A stretch of 64,000 nt of DNA from contig CAZMID010000001.1 of NCBI GenBank assembly GCA_964566255.1, positions 83,152-147,151 of the forward strand, given 5' to 3'. Origin of the DNA: an uncultured Planctomycetia bacterium (GTDB taxonomy: Bacteria > Omnitrophota > Gorgyraeia > Gorgyraeales > Gorgyraeaceae). The notes beneath the pieces are model-generated. The model searched no databases, was not told the origin of the DNA, and worked only from the letters and a program-made list of their open reading frames with translations. The position numbers and the translations under genes are program-made. Within the stretch, counting starts at the first letter, position 1; the number at the start of each line of letters is the position of its first letter. Positions 10,001 through 19,514 of the stretch are shown here, piece after piece.

Positions 10001-10181
10001 AGATCCCTTTCTAGTTCCCATGGCCCTTTCCATATGCTGGGGGATCGCCTTTGCAACAATGCTCACGCTTATCGTAATCCCATGTATCTATTCTATCGTA
10101 GATGACATAGCACTAAAATTAACAAAGCATTCAAGCATGATCGATAGTGTCACATTGAATAATCACGATAGCGTGAAATAA
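7035..10181 (+). CDS. RND efflux transporter permease (AcrB/HAE1 family)
   Basis: 1048 aa; 12-TM topology with two large periplasmic loops; typical HAE1 N-terminus (MSLPRFSVNQSLFVNLISVIIIIIG); SD AAGGAG upstream. Confidence 0.85.
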   Translation: MSLPRFSVNQSLFVNLISVIIIIIGLIVVFGMNREIFPNVDFDVVSVSTIYPGATPLDVEKLITVPIEKELKEVDGIKEIRSSSSQGASFITIELDPDEKDKKKIINDIKSAVDRVKDLPRDINEDPIVIEISTKQYPVIEVSLSGDMTEAKLQAYADALEDQLEDAYGVAKIEKSGYRDREIQVHVDPKKMRDKYVSFDEIEEALSSRNVSIPAGEINTKNTEYSIRTTGEFSTAKEVENIIIRANDVGNWLRIKDVAEVKDSFKKEDIIYKTLGTRSINLLVKKKGSGDAIRIVDEIKKVCDQFLENCPDKLEISYVNDYSFFARRRLNVLKNNGWASLILITIAMLLFLQRRVAFMTILGIPIAFLATFVIMNMMGITINLISMFGLIIVLGMLVDDGIIVAENSYRYLEEGLPPRKAAIKGTEEVMRAVTTAVFTTIAAFSPLLFMTGIIGKFIRNIPTVLIIALLASLGEALIILPSHLTDFVKMKYDSQGKPMGLVKDMPWFKAIVRFYGKIVTGAIRRKYKVVAGFTLILLVCAFLAFNVIKFILFPPAGINFFFIRAEAPIGTPLEKTNELILPVEKIVSKIPKEDMDTFVTSVGEISEDRHDPFAGQASHLVQTTVYLPPEADRKRNADDIIDDIREDIEKVKGFTDIRFDRAESGPPVGKAVEAKIRGENFETLDVIAKEYMDYLKTIDGTTDIAWDHKPGKEEIRIKVDNDKATLSGLNVSRIAKTVRSVFEGSIATKIKPVKAEEETDVTVMFPEESSGDINIFKNILIRNKFGNLIPLKNVASIEKVPGTTTIHHLDGKRVVTASANVDTDKITSLKVNNLLEKKFKDISRKHMGYSVKYGGEHEESMDSLISLLKAFFYAFLIIYLILASSFKSLIQPLIIMLAIPFGLIGVVIAFLVHGLPLSFMAILGIVGLNGIVVNDSIVLVDFINKLRREGIDRRSSIIKAGQMRLRPVLLTTITTVGGLSTVAYGIGGKDPFLVPMALSICWGIAFATMLTLIVIPCIYSIVDDIALKLTKHSSMIDSVTLNNHDSVK

Positions 10182-10190
10182 GGTGGGAAT

Positions 10191-10598
10191 TTATTTAAAA
10201 TTATCTGAAATTGTATTTAATACTTCTTCCTCTACAAAAATAGGTGCCTTTGCTCGCATCGCTAGAGCAATACTGTCACTGGGTCTGGCATCTATTTCCT
10301 CCATCCTTGAATCTATCTGCAGGACCAACTTTGCAAAAAATGTATTATGCTGGAGCTTTGTAACGACGATTCTATCGATCTTGGCACCAAGCTGTTTTAA
10401 AACAATATGGAATAAATCGTGAGTCATTGGCCGAGGAGTAGATACCCCACTTACCTCCATCTTTATAGCAGTAACCTCCATTATTCCTATTACAATAGGT
10501 AAGAGCCTTTCGCCTTTTTTCTCCTTTAAGACAATAACCTGCTCTCCCCTATTCTCATCAATCCGAATTTTATTTAATTCCATCTCTACTATAGCCAT
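10191..10598 (-). CDS. Bifunctional nuclease family protein (BFN/DUF151)
   Basis: 135 aa; RPSDSIALAMRAKAPIFV matches the conserved BFN core. Confidence 0.65.
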   Translation of the reverse strand: MAIVEMELNKIRIDENRGEQVIVLKEKKGERLLPIVIGIMEVTAIKMEVSGVSTPRPMTHDLFHIVLKQLGAKIDRIVVTKLQHNTFFAKLVLQIDSRMEEIDARPSDSIALAMRAKAPIFVEEEVLNTISDNFK

Positions 10599-10613
10599 AT
10601 CGAGTTCAGATTA

Positions 10614-11075
10614 TCACAGGCCTTTTATATTGTCAAGCAGCAAACCTTTGATTTTTTTTAAAGTCTCTTTTACCCCTTCACTTAAACCCTCCTGAAACTT
10701 ACTTGATGCAGGTTTTATACCTAATATATAAATTTCAGCATTTGTAGACGAGGCTAAGTACTCTATTAAAAGTTTTGGAGACACATCGTGCGTAGAAATC
10801 TTGCCTGTCCTCAGGTCTTCACTCTTAAAAAGTCTTATTTCCCCTGATTTTCCTTCAAACTCTACAGCATCTATTATAACAATAGTGTCTGGATTAAGTC
10901 TTTTTATAACACCTGTATAATTTTCAGGTGTAGTACCTGCATCTATAACCTCATATGGAACTTTATCCTTTATAGAGCTAGCTAAAAGAGGTCCTACTCC
11001 ATCATCACCTCTATCTATATTACCCAAACAAAGTAAAACTACTTTTCCTTTTAGGATATCTTTTAAATTTAACAT
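10614..11075 (-). CDS. hycI: Hydrogenase maturation endopeptidase (HycI/HyaD family)
   Basis: 153 aa; N-terminal VVLLCLGNIDRGDDGVGPLLA motif of Ni-dependent C-terminal-processing proteases; last gene of the hydrogenase operon. Confidence 0.8.
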   Translation of the reverse strand: MLNLKDILKGKVVLLCLGNIDRGDDGVGPLLASSIKDKVPYEVIDAGTTPENYTGVIKRLNPDTIVIIDAVEFEGKSGEIRLFKSEDLRTGKISTHDVSPKLLIEYLASSTNAEIYILGIKPASSKFQEGLSEGVKETLKKIKGLLLDNIKGL

Positions 11076-11091
11076 AAAAATTTCGGGAAAA

Positions 11092-11691
11092 TTATGTATT
11101 GAGTGTAATCTCTCTCCTACATTTCGGACAGAGCACTTTTATACGATCCTGGCGAGTAAGTTCATCGGATTTTTCAACTTTAAGGTGTGCTAATTTTAGG
11201 TCTTTTAATGCTGATAGATATGAAGTAGGGCTTGAATACGCAAGTGGCCCGAGCTTTTTTGAAATCCACTTTAAATGGTCTTTGGCGCCGACTATACATC
11301 CGCAGCCTTCGCACAAGAGAAGTTCCTTTTCAACAGACTCTATAGCTTCATTCCTATCAAATACAGCCAAATCAAATTTATCAGATAATTTTATGCCTTC
11401 TTGAGTAATACAGGCTGCCTGACACTGTCCGCAGAATATACAACTATCTAAATGTAAATCTAATTTTCTTAGAGGGATCTCAGCCTCTGGAATATCCTTA
11501 GTCTTTATGCAGCCTGGCGGACAAACTTCACTGCAGGCATTGCATCCTACGCAGCCATCTTTATCATATTCTGGTTTGCCCCTGAAGCTCTTCTCAGGCA
11601 CATGAGGCTTAAAAGGAAAACTCGATGTATAAGGTCCTTTAATAACCGCTGTTATTGCCTCAACTAATTCTCGTAATTTTGGATATCTCAT
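11092..11691 (-). CDS. NuoI/EchF/MbhN-like 2x[4Fe-4S] subunit with a C-terminal Cys-rich extension
   Basis: RGKPEYDKDGCVGCNACSEVCPPGC and CIFCGQCQAACI ferredoxin motifs, plus extra CEGCGC ... CPKC pairs. Confidence 0.65.
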   Translation of the reverse strand: MRYPKLRELVEAITAVIKGPYTSSFPFKPHVPEKSFRGKPEYDKDGCVGCNACSEVCPPGCIKTKDIPEAEIPLRKLDLHLDSCIFCGQCQAACITQEGIKLSDKFDLAVFDRNEAIESVEKELLLCEGCGCIVGAKDHLKWISKKLGPLAYSSPTSYLSALKDLKLAHLKVEKSDELTRQDRIKVLCPKCRREITLNT

Positions 11692-11696
11692 TTTAA

Positions 11697-12026
11697 TTAA
11701 TTCCCGTCTTCAGCGTATCTATCTACAACACTCTTATCCCACAGCTTCACATCTGACTTATGAGCGCCTCTTGCAAGGGCATGGGCTGAAACAGGAGAAG
11801 TTAATATCAAAAATAACATACAAACCATGGCCTTTATACCTAAGGCAGTAAATCCGTACATAAGAAAAACACCAAATAAAATACTACATGTCCCCAGAGT
11901 TATACACTTTGTAGCTGCCTGAAGTCGGTTATAGACATCTGGAAGTCTTACTAGACCCAGGCATCCCATAAAATCAAAGAAAAGCCCAATAGATATAAAA
12001 ATTATGGCTACTGTATCAATCATCAA
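11697..12026 (-). CDS. Mrp antiporter subunit G-like (MbhC-like)
   Basis: 109 aa; GLVRLPDVYNRLQAATKCITLG matches the MnhG signature. Confidence 0.65.
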   Translation of the reverse strand: MMIDTVAIIFISIGLFFDFMGCLGLVRLPDVYNRLQAATKCITLGTCSILFGVFLMYGFTALGIKAMVCMLFLILTSPVSAHALARGAHKSDVKLWDKSVVDRYAEDGN

Positions 12027-12390
12027 AAGCCTTCCCCTCTAAAAATTTGGCAAGTGCAAGCGTTGCTATAAAACTCTGAAGTGCCCAGGCAATTGCTATA
12101 TCAATATACCAGCTCCTCCCAGTAGAAATCCCCATGATAGCACAAAAACCAACAATTAAAATACCTAACATATCAATAGTAACAGCTCTATCTGCAGAAG
12201 TAGGACCTCTTAAAATCCTATATAGACATAATATGGAGGAAAATAAAAGTACAAAAAATGCCCTCTTCAAAAAACCTATAAAAGGTAAATCCTGACAGAA
12301 AAGAATCGGTATGGGCTTAAATAATATTATAGCCATAATAGCTATAATCACACCTACGCCTAACATATAACGAAATCTAGATCTTTTCAT
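12016..12390 (-). CDS. Mrp antiporter subunit F-like (MbhB-like)
   Basis: 124 aa; LRGPTSADRAVTIDMLGILIV matches the MnhF signature. Confidence 0.6.
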   Translation of the reverse strand: MKRSRFRYMLGVGVIIAIMAIILFKPIPILFCQDLPFIGFLKRAFFVLLFSSILCLYRILRGPTSADRAVTIDMLGILIVGFCAIMGISTGRSWYIDIAIAWALQSFIATLALAKFLEGKAFDD

Positions 12391-12884
12391 TATTCAAATA
12401 TCCTCTTTAAAATATTCTGAAATCTATCTACTATCAACTTTGTTGCCTTATCAATATCTTTATTTTTTACCTCGATCCAATGAATATATAAAACCCCTTC
12501 TTCCTTATCCACATCTACTGTCAATGTCCCAGGTGTAAGGGTAATAGAATTTGCTAAAAATGTGAGGGCTGTATCTGATTTTAAAGTGGTCTTTACCTTC
12601 ACTATGCCAGGGTGTATTGGTAAATCAGGATGAAGAACTCTATACGCTACATCAATATTTGCCTTAAAACACTCCCATATAAATATAGGTATATAATATA
12701 AAAACCACAAATATCTCTCAATATGCGTAAAAAGATGCGCCCTTTTTACAAAAAGGTCTCCTGTCATATGGGCGACAAAGGCTGAGACAAAAACACCTAC
12801 AACTATATGCTGCCAATCAGGCACCCAGTTCAACAAGCTCCAGACCAAAAATCCTAATAAAAATAACAAGATCTTACTTTTCAT
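12390..12884 (-). CDS. Mrp antiporter subunit E-like (MbhA-like)
   Basis: 164 aa; two N-terminal TM helices plus a soluble domain; size and position match MnhE. Confidence 0.55.
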   Translation of the reverse strand: MKSKILLFLLGFLVWSLLNWVPDWQHIVVGVFVSAFVAHMTGDLFVKRAHLFTHIERYLWFLYYIPIFIWECFKANIDVAYRVLHPDLPIHPGIVKVKTTLKSDTALTFLANSITLTPGTLTVDVDKEEGVLYIHWIEVKNKDIDKATKLIVDRFQNILKRIFE

Positions 12885-14380
12885 TTTATAGCTCCGAAAA
12901 TAACACCTGCATATTCTTTCCCGATCAATACTGCGTCTCTAGCAACTTTAAGAAAATCATCAGAAATCGCGGGCATTAAAAGAAGTCCACCTATTAAACA
13001 AATAAGTGCCAAAGTAATCATTGAAAACTTCATAAAAAACGGGACTTCCTTTATATGCTTTAAATTCTCTTTTAGCTCTCCGAAAAAGGCGAGCCTTTGG
13101 ACCTTCATAAAATATGCCAAAGTCAAGATACTCGCTACAACTGCCCAAACAGCATACGCAAAATGCTGTGCCTGGATACATGCGACTATGATAATCAATT
13201 TACTCCAGAAGCCATTAAAAGGCGGTACACCTGCAATAGCCATAGACCCTATAAGCGAGGTATTGGCTGTTATAGACATCTTCTCCCTAAGTCCACCCAA
13301 CTTGTCTAAATCCCTTATCCCTGTAGAATACTCCACTGCACCAGAATTCAAAAATAACAAAGACTTAAACACAGAATGATTTAATAGATGTAAAAGGCCT
13401 CCCATAATGCCAAGAGGTGTGCCTAAGCCAATCCCAAGTATAATATAACCAACCTGACTTATAGAGCTATAAGCCAAAAGTCTCTTAAAATCCTTTTGTC
13501 CAAGCGCAAGGCATACCCCTATAATCATCGACAAGGCCCCTAAGGCCATCAATGCACCCAAAATCTTTGGGTTTGGACCCAAGACACTAAAAAATATCCT
13601 TATCATTGCGTAGGCACCAAGGGATTTTATAAGAAGACCTGAAAGCATTGCTGAAATCGGCGCAGGCGCAGATGGATGTGCATCTGGAAGCCATGCATGA
13701 AAAGGAACAAGTGCTGTTTTTAACCCAAAACCCATGAGGAATAAAACGCTAACAAGTAATATTATACGAGGAGTCTCTCCTTTAGCTAATTCCAATGACA
13801 TATCAGCCATGTTCAAGGTAGAAGTAAAGCTATATAAAAACACTATCCCTAATAAAATAAATGAAGAGGCCAACGTCCCCATCACAGCATATTTAAAAGA
13901 CGCCTCAAGCTCTTCATGTTCTGTACCAAATGCAACTAATGCATAACTTGAAATAGCAGCTATCTCAAGGAATACATACAGATTAAACATGTCTCCAGAT
14001 ATCACAACCCCATTCATGCCAGCAATCATCAAAAGAAATAGGCAATAAAAATTCCATTTCTCAGTATATCTCTCCATATAATTTATAGAGTAAATGCTAA
14101 TCAAAAATGCGATTGTATTTATTACAACCAGCATAAATATAGTCAATCCATCCATAACCATTGAAATGCCTATAGGAGGTATCCATCCACCAACTTTATA
14201 TACGATAATGCCTATCTGTCTAAATAGGATCACAGAGTATACTGAAAGTGCTGCCAGAGAAAATGTGGCGATACCAGATAATATATCTGAAAAAGACTTT
14301 ATCTTTTTCCCAAGGAGCGAATTTAAAAACGCAGCCCCTAATGGTATAGCAACAAATAATGGCAATAGATTATGATTCAT
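12881..14380 (-). CDS. Mrp subunit D / NuoM-NuoN-like proton-pumping antiporter subunit
   Basis: 499 aa polytopic protein; conserved HAWLPDAH-type motif (FHAWLPDAHPSAP). Confidence 0.75.
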   Translation of the reverse strand: MNHNLLPLFVAIPLGAAFLNSLLGKKIKSFSDILSGIATFSLAALSVYSVILFRQIGIIVYKVGGWIPPIGISMVMDGLTIFMLVVINTIAFLISIYSINYMERYTEKWNFYCLFLLMIAGMNGVVISGDMFNLYVFLEIAAISSYALVAFGTEHEELEASFKYAVMGTLASSFILLGIVFLYSFTSTLNMADMSLELAKGETPRIILLVSVLFLMGFGLKTALVPFHAWLPDAHPSAPAPISAMLSGLLIKSLGAYAMIRIFFSVLGPNPKILGALMALGALSMIIGVCLALGQKDFKRLLAYSSISQVGYIILGIGLGTPLGIMGGLLHLLNHSVFKSLLFLNSGAVEYSTGIRDLDKLGGLREKMSITANTSLIGSMAIAGVPPFNGFWSKLIIIVACIQAQHFAYAVWAVVASILTLAYFMKVQRLAFFGELKENLKHIKEVPFFMKFSMITLALICLIGGLLLMPAISDDFLKVARDAVLIGKEYAGVIFGAIK

Positions 14381-14383
14381 AAA

Positions 14384-14722
14384 TCAACCTTTTAACTTAC
14401 GTATCTTTGTAATATCAAATGTCTTGTATTTTTCATAAACCCTTATAGCAATAGCTGCTATTAATGCAGTAACTGCAAGACCAATGACTATAGCAGTCAA
14501 AACAAGCGCCTGCGGCAAGGGATCCACCATATCAAGGACTAACTGGTCCTGGGAATGTATTGGAGAACGGCCATTCATCTTATAACCTACCAACACAAAA
14601 AAGAGATTCACTGCATATTCAACTATGGCTATACCTATAATAATCTTTATTAGGTTGCGCTTCCTAAGTATGCAATAAAGTCCTATAGAAAAAAGTACAA
14701 GGCATAGAAAATAAACACTCAT
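14384..14722 (-). CDS. Mrp subunit C / NuoK-like
   Basis: 112 aa; 3 TM helices; NuoK/MnhC-like. Confidence 0.6.
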   Translation of the reverse strand: MSVYFLCLVLFSIGLYCILRKRNLIKIIIGIAIVEYAVNLFFVLVGYKMNGRSPIHSQDQLVLDMVDPLPQALVLTAIVIGLAVTALIAAIAIRVYEKYKTFDITKIRKLKG

Positions 14723-15177
14723 TTTTTATCGCCATCCTTTTTATTTATCTTAAATAGTACGAGTATAACAAATATAATAAAAAGACCTGAAGCTACCTTA
14801 AGGCTTATCGCTATATTATATAAAGGAATAAGGCCTGAACTGAAAAGATTGAACGGTTCTCCCTTTGGCATAAAATTCAAAAAGAAATACCCAGTTAGAA
14901 TACCAAGAACTGCTAATGTAATAAAAATAAGTGCGCCCAAACTTTCAAACAAAGATGCAACATTTAAACTTACTTTTTTAAGTGCTACGTCTTTTCCAAA
15001 GGCAAGCATTATATGAATAAAAGAAAGCGCAACGATTACCCCTCCTGCAAAACCTCCACCAGGACTAACATGGCCATGTCCGATAATATAGATACCAAAC
15101 AGAAATATCAGCCCTACTGTTAAGCGTGTAATCGTCTTTACTATTAAACTCATTCCATTCTGGGCTTCTCTCATCAA
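14719..15177 (-). CDS. Mrp subunit B-like (MnhB domain)
   Basis: 152 aa; HGHVSPGGGFAGGV matches the MnhB signature. Confidence 0.65.
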   Translation of the reverse strand: MMREAQNGMSLIVKTITRLTVGLIFLFGIYIIGHGHVSPGGGFAGGVIVALSFIHIMLAFGKDVALKKVSLNVASLFESLGALIFITLAVLGILTGYFFLNFMPKGEPFNLFSSGLIPLYNIAISLKVASGLFIIFVILVLFKINKKDGDKK

Positions 15178-15695
15178 TCCTTCTTCCTTCCGACCCTTCT
15201 CATAACTGCTAAAACACCTATTGCAGCTGTAAACAATATGGTCGCCTCTCCTAATGTATCATATGCCCTATAATCTAAAACAACAGATGCAACTAAATTA
15301 GCTGAACCCGTCTTATCAAGGCCGTGGCTTAAAAAGTTCTGTGCTACTCTCATTATCGGCTCTCCAAATTGAGGCAGATCCTTCATGCAAAAATATCCAA
15401 AACCTAAAAATATAGCAAGGAATAAAAACGTTATAAACGTATTAAAAAACCATCTTCCGCTCGTAGAAAACGGTAGATCCCTTCTGATAGTAGCCCTTAT
15501 CAATATTATCACGCATAATATTTCGACCACGAGCTGAGCAATTGCTAAATCAGGTGCCTTGAGGATCAAAAACGCAAGTGATAGCCCAAGACCGGCTGTA
15601 CCCACTGCTATAACCGAGGAAAGTAGATCCTTTGATGCCACTGCGATTATTGCGCCTATAATTATAAATACTAGGAGTATCTGTAGTTCAAGCAT
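15174..15695 (-). CDS. Mrp-associated small membrane subunit (MbhD/E-like, DUF4040-type)
   Basis: 173 aa polytopic protein between the MrpA-like and MrpB-like genes. Confidence 0.45.
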   Translation of the reverse strand: MLELQILLVFIIIGAIIAVASKDLLSSVIAVGTAGLGLSLAFLILKAPDLAIAQLVVEILCVIILIRATIRRDLPFSTSGRWFFNTFITFLFLAIFLGFGYFCMKDLPQFGEPIMRVAQNFLSHGLDKTGSANLVASVVLDYRAYDTLGEATILFTAAIGVLAVMRRVGRKKD

Positions 15696-15702
15696 GCTTC
15701 AA

Positions 15703-17481
15703 TTACCTCACTATCGTAAAAAGAAATACTATCATCCCTAACAAACACCACACAAGATACGTCGGCAATATCCCATTGTGCAAATACTGGAATATACGGA
15801 TAAAGAAAAATACTATTCTTCTAGTTTGATCATAAATATCAAAGGCCTTTCTTTCGGCCCTTAAATAAAGTCCCTTTATTAATGGCATTTCTTTTATTGT
15901 GTTGTAAAATTCTGTACCTGAGAGCTTCATGTCTTTTGCAAGCTCTTCTCCTCCTATATAAGAATCAGTCTCTCTTACGCCCTTAAAATTACCCAATAAG
16001 TATATCAAGATTCCTACCAAAATCCCTATACCTAAGAATAACGTAGCCTGCGAAGATGGCCAGATACCAATAAACCTTAAACTACCTTGCAAGGCTGGGA
16101 TTATAAAATGCCTTAAAGGAATGTGATACGCAAATATCCCAAAGATAATACAAAGGCCTGCTAAGACTACAGGGCCAAGCCACATAGTCCACGATACTTC
16201 ATTTCGCTTTTCGTCTTTTGACTTACCTAAAAATATTGCATGCATAAATTTTATAAAGGATGCTAATGTTAGGGCGCTGCCAATGACAGCGGCTACTATG
16301 CAAAATATCCAAAGTGTACCACCTGATCTACCTTTTTCTATCAAGCCCTGATATACCATCCATTTTGAGAAAAATCCATTAAAAGGCGGAACGCCCGATA
16401 TAGATAAGGCTGCTATAAGCGCGGAGAAAAAACTTATTGGCATTACCTTTGCCAATCCGCCTAAAGAATCTAGATCTGATGTTTTAGACTTATATTGAAC
16501 ATTGCCCCCTGTAAGAAATAGGCAACATTTATATATTGCATTATTAAGCATATGAAAAAGTCCACCTGCAATACCTATGACACTTCCAGTGCCTAATCCA
16601 AGCACCATATAACCAACTTGACTTACTGCATGATAACCAAGAAGTTTTTTAAAATCATGCTGCACAAGCGCCATCATAACTGCTGCTACTATAGTAACAG
16701 CACCCACTACCATAAGAAGTGCATAAGTAAAATTATCCAATATAAAAATATTCAACACCAATCTTGCCAATAGATAAATACCAAGTAATTTATCAAGTGA
16801 GGCTGGTAAAAATGCAGTCACAGGTATATGGGCCTCTTTTGCTGTATCAGGTATCCATGTATGAAAAGGCATTGCACCTGCCTTTGCAAAAGCACCTATT
16901 GCTATCAATAAAAATGCCCAGAAGGACAAACTATTATTTATAGGTATCTCCAACTCGCTTAAACTTAAAGATCTTGTCATAAGCCATATAATCGCAAAAC
17001 CCAATATCATAAGACTGTCAGAGCCACCTATTATAATAAAGGTCTTTTTACTTATTGCAGCTGATCGAGGTCCTGCTACATTGATCAACATATAAAGCGT
17101 AAACCCTAAAAACCCCCATGCAACCAGAAGGATCATGATATTATTTGAAACTGCTGCTAAAATAGAAAAACCAATAGTCCATATAATATTAGCATAATAT
17201 GATCGTATTTCTTCACATGAAGCCATAAAACGTATTGAATATAAGCTAACTATCACCCCAAAGAACCCTACTCCCAGCACGATAAACCTGGAAAGACCAT
17301 CTACATATAAAAATTTTCCAAAGATTGGGGCCTGGATAAAGATTTTTATCGACGCTATAAAAAGGTATATGGCAGTGATAAGGCTGACGCCTTCTATTAC
17401 CTTCCTAAACTTCTTTGGAATAAGAAGGATAAAAGTCCCTATAATTATTGAAAGTATTATTGGTCTTAACAGTGTTTCCAT
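15703..17481 (-). CDS. MrpA / NuoL-like antiporter subunit (MbhH-like)
   Basis: 592 aa polytopic protein; MPFHTWIPDTAKEAHIPVTAF motif typical of the NuoL/MrpA family. Confidence 0.75.
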   Translation of the reverse strand: METLLRPIILSIIIGTFILLIPKKFRKVIEGVSLITAIYLFIASIKIFIQAPIFGKFLYVDGLSRFIVLGVGFFGVIVSLYSIRFMASCEEIRSYYANIIWTIGFSILAAVSNNIMILLVAWGFLGFTLYMLINVAGPRSAAISKKTFIIIGGSDSLMILGFAIIWLMTRSLSLSELEIPINNSLSFWAFLLIAIGAFAKAGAMPFHTWIPDTAKEAHIPVTAFLPASLDKLLGIYLLARLVLNIFILDNFTYALLMVVGAVTIVAAVMMALVQHDFKKLLGYHAVSQVGYMVLGLGTGSVIGIAGGLFHMLNNAIYKCCLFLTGGNVQYKSKTSDLDSLGGLAKVMPISFFSALIAALSISGVPPFNGFFSKWMVYQGLIEKGRSGGTLWIFCIVAAVIGSALTLASFIKFMHAIFLGKSKDEKRNEVSWTMWLGPVVLAGLCIIFGIFAYHIPLRHFIIPALQGSLRFIGIWPSSQATLFLGIGILVGILIYLLGNFKGVRETDSYIGGEELAKDMKLSGTEFYNTIKEMPLIKGLYLRAERKAFDIYDQTRRIVFFFIRIFQYLHNGILPTYLVWCLLGMIVFLFTIVR

Positions 17482-18653
17482 TTTCTTCTCAACTTTTCTG
17501 TTTTTTCCTGCGAAAGTCGTATTAGATCATGTCCATCCATAATCTTTCTACCATTATTACAATCTACAACTGCCATTCGTTCTGTACAACAGTAACACGG
17601 ATCCACTGCAGCTAAAATTATAGTAGCATCTGAAATGGTTTCACCTATTACAGCCTTTTTATTAGATGCGATATTCATGTAACTTGGAGCCCTTACCTTA
17701 TGCCTAGCAGGAGAATTGCTACCATCAGACATTATATAATGAAATACTTCTCCTCTTGGAGCTTCATGCCTACCAATGCCTTCTCCAACAGGCATATCCT
17801 TTATCTTTAAGTCGATTTCACCTTTTGGCATTGTATCAAGACACCTTAATATAATATTAGTAGATTCATAAAGTTCTAATATCCTTACAGCTGCCTTTGC
17901 AAAAACCCCTCCTCCTTCATTAGAAATCATCTTCCAGTCTATTTTATCGTATGCAGCATAAGGATCATCTTTTCTGACATCAATACCGACTCCTGAAGCC
18001 CTCGCTGTCGGACCCACAACAGAATAATCATGTACATCCTGTTTTGTTAATACTCCGACTCCTTTGGTCCTTGCATGTATCACAGGATCATCCATTACAG
18101 CACCCTTAAACATATCAAATTTAGGAATTAAATCTGTAAGGGTCTTTTTTATCCAGGGAATGTCTTCTTCTAAAATATCCCTTCTTACTCCACCTGGCTT
18201 AAACATAGCATAATGATTTCTATTTCCAGTAATTCTTTCAAATATATCAAGGACTGGTTCTCTATACCTCCATGCCCACATCCATACAGTATTATATCCT
18301 AAAAAGTGTCCTGCAAGGCCTAACCATAAAAGATGACTATGGACTCTTTCGAGCTCTCCTATTATTGTGCGGATATAAAGAGCTCTTTCAGGGACTTCAA
18401 CACCTAAAAGATCATCAATAGCATTTGTATAAGCAAAAGGGTGCGATGTAGAACAAATTCCACAGATCCTTTCAACTAAAAATGTTACTTGATCATAACT
18501 TTTGGATTCGGCTATTTTTTCAATAGCCCTATGATTATAGCCGATTTCAATATCTATATCGACGACAGTCTCACCATCTACGTGAAGCCTAAAAAATTCC
18601 GGCTCTTCCTGTAATGGATGATAAGGTCCTATTGGAATAATTTTATGTGCCAT
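17466..18653 (-). CDS. Group-4 [NiFe]-hydrogenase large subunit (NuoD-like, MbhL/EchE-type)
   Basis: N-terminal RICGICSTSH and C-terminal DPCYCCTER Ni-Fe ligand motifs, followed by a ~35-aa C-terminal extension (substrate for the HycI protease). Confidence 0.85.
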   Translation of the reverse strand: MAHKIIPIGPYHPLQEEPEFFRLHVDGETVVDIDIEIGYNHRAIEKIAESKSYDQVTFLVERICGICSTSHPFAYTNAIDDLLGVEVPERALYIRTIIGELERVHSHLLWLGLAGHFLGYNTVWMWAWRYREPVLDIFERITGNRNHYAMFKPGGVRRDILEEDIPWIKKTLTDLIPKFDMFKGAVMDDPVIHARTKGVGVLTKQDVHDYSVVGPTARASGVGIDVRKDDPYAAYDKIDWKMISNEGGGVFAKAAVRILELYESTNIILRCLDTMPKGEIDLKIKDMPVGEGIGRHEAPRGEVFHYIMSDGSNSPARHKVRAPSYMNIASNKKAVIGETISDATIILAAVDPCYCCTERMAVVDCNNGRKIMDGHDLIRLSQEKTEKLRRKWKHC

Positions 18654-18657
18654 AATA

Positions 18658-19092
18658 TTATTGATCTCTCCTCAAAGGAAAATTACCTTCAGGCCAATCG
18701 TCTTTTAAAAGTAAATGCTTTGGATTTGGGTGGCCTCTAAATTTTACACCCAGAAGTTCGCGTATCTCCATTTCTATCCATTCTGCGCATTTCATTATAG
18801 AAGTAAGGCTATCTATTTCAAGGTTTGATTTGTCCAGAATAACCTTTAATGTAACTATAAGTCCGATATCATCTATTGAAAAGTGATAAAGTATCTCAAC
18901 TGCTTCTCTTGTATCCACTCCGGATGCTATTGAAAATCGTGCCTTTCTTTCATTAAAAAGATATCTCACTATTTTAGGAAGTATTTCTTTCTTAATCGTA
19001 ACATAAACCCTTCTTTTGGATTTATCTATAAGTTCCAGCATGTCTTTGCCGGCACGGACTTTTATATTTTCTATTATCTCTCGCCTCTTCAT
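18658..19092 (-). CDS. NuoC-like hydrogenase subunit (MbhK-like)
   Basis: 144 aa; lies between the large and small subunits as in Mbh/Ech operons. Confidence 0.55.
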   Translation of the reverse strand: MKRREIIENIKVRAGKDMLELIDKSKRRVYVTIKKEILPKIVRYLFNERKARFSIASGVDTREAVEILYHFSIDDIGLIVTLKVILDKSNLEIDSLTSIMKCAEWIEMEIRELLGVKFRGHPNPKHLLLKDDWPEGNFPLRRDQ

Positions 19093-19514
19093 TTATTCCC
19101 TCTTAATTTACCAATCAACTTCACTATACCTAGTATCATTGCCTCTGGTTTTGGCGGGCAACCTGGTATATAAACATTTACCGGAAGAATAGAATCTACA
19201 GGATTTGGCGTATTTGGTCCATTTGCAAACATACCCTGACCACAAGAGCACGCTCCTATCGCAATAACAACGCATGGCTTTGGGGCCTGATCATAGATAG
19301 CCTTTACCCTAGGTATTGTCTTAAGGTTTAAGGCACCTGTTACAAGTATTGCATCAGCATGCTTTATGCTACCAACAAGCATTATCCCGAATCTTTCCAC
19401 GTCGAATCTCGGAGTCAGAAGATCCAGGATTTCTATATCGCAATTATTGCAACTACCTGTTGAAAGGTGGTAAACCCAGATAGATTTTGTTAATGCTTTT
19501 AATTTTAAGCTCAT
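19089..19514 (-). CDS. [NiFe]-hydrogenase small subunit (NuoB-like, MbhJ-type)
   Basis: 141 aa; CNNCDIE ... GACSCGQG ... GCPPKPE are the cysteines of the proximal [4Fe-4S] cluster. Confidence 0.8.
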   Translation of the reverse strand: MSLKLKALTKSIWVYHLSTGSCNNCDIEILDLLTPRFDVERFGIMLVGSIKHADAILVTGALNLKTIPRVKAIYDQAPKPCVVIAIGACSCGQGMFANGPNTPNPVDSILPVNVYIPGCPPKPEAMILGIVKLIGKLRGNK

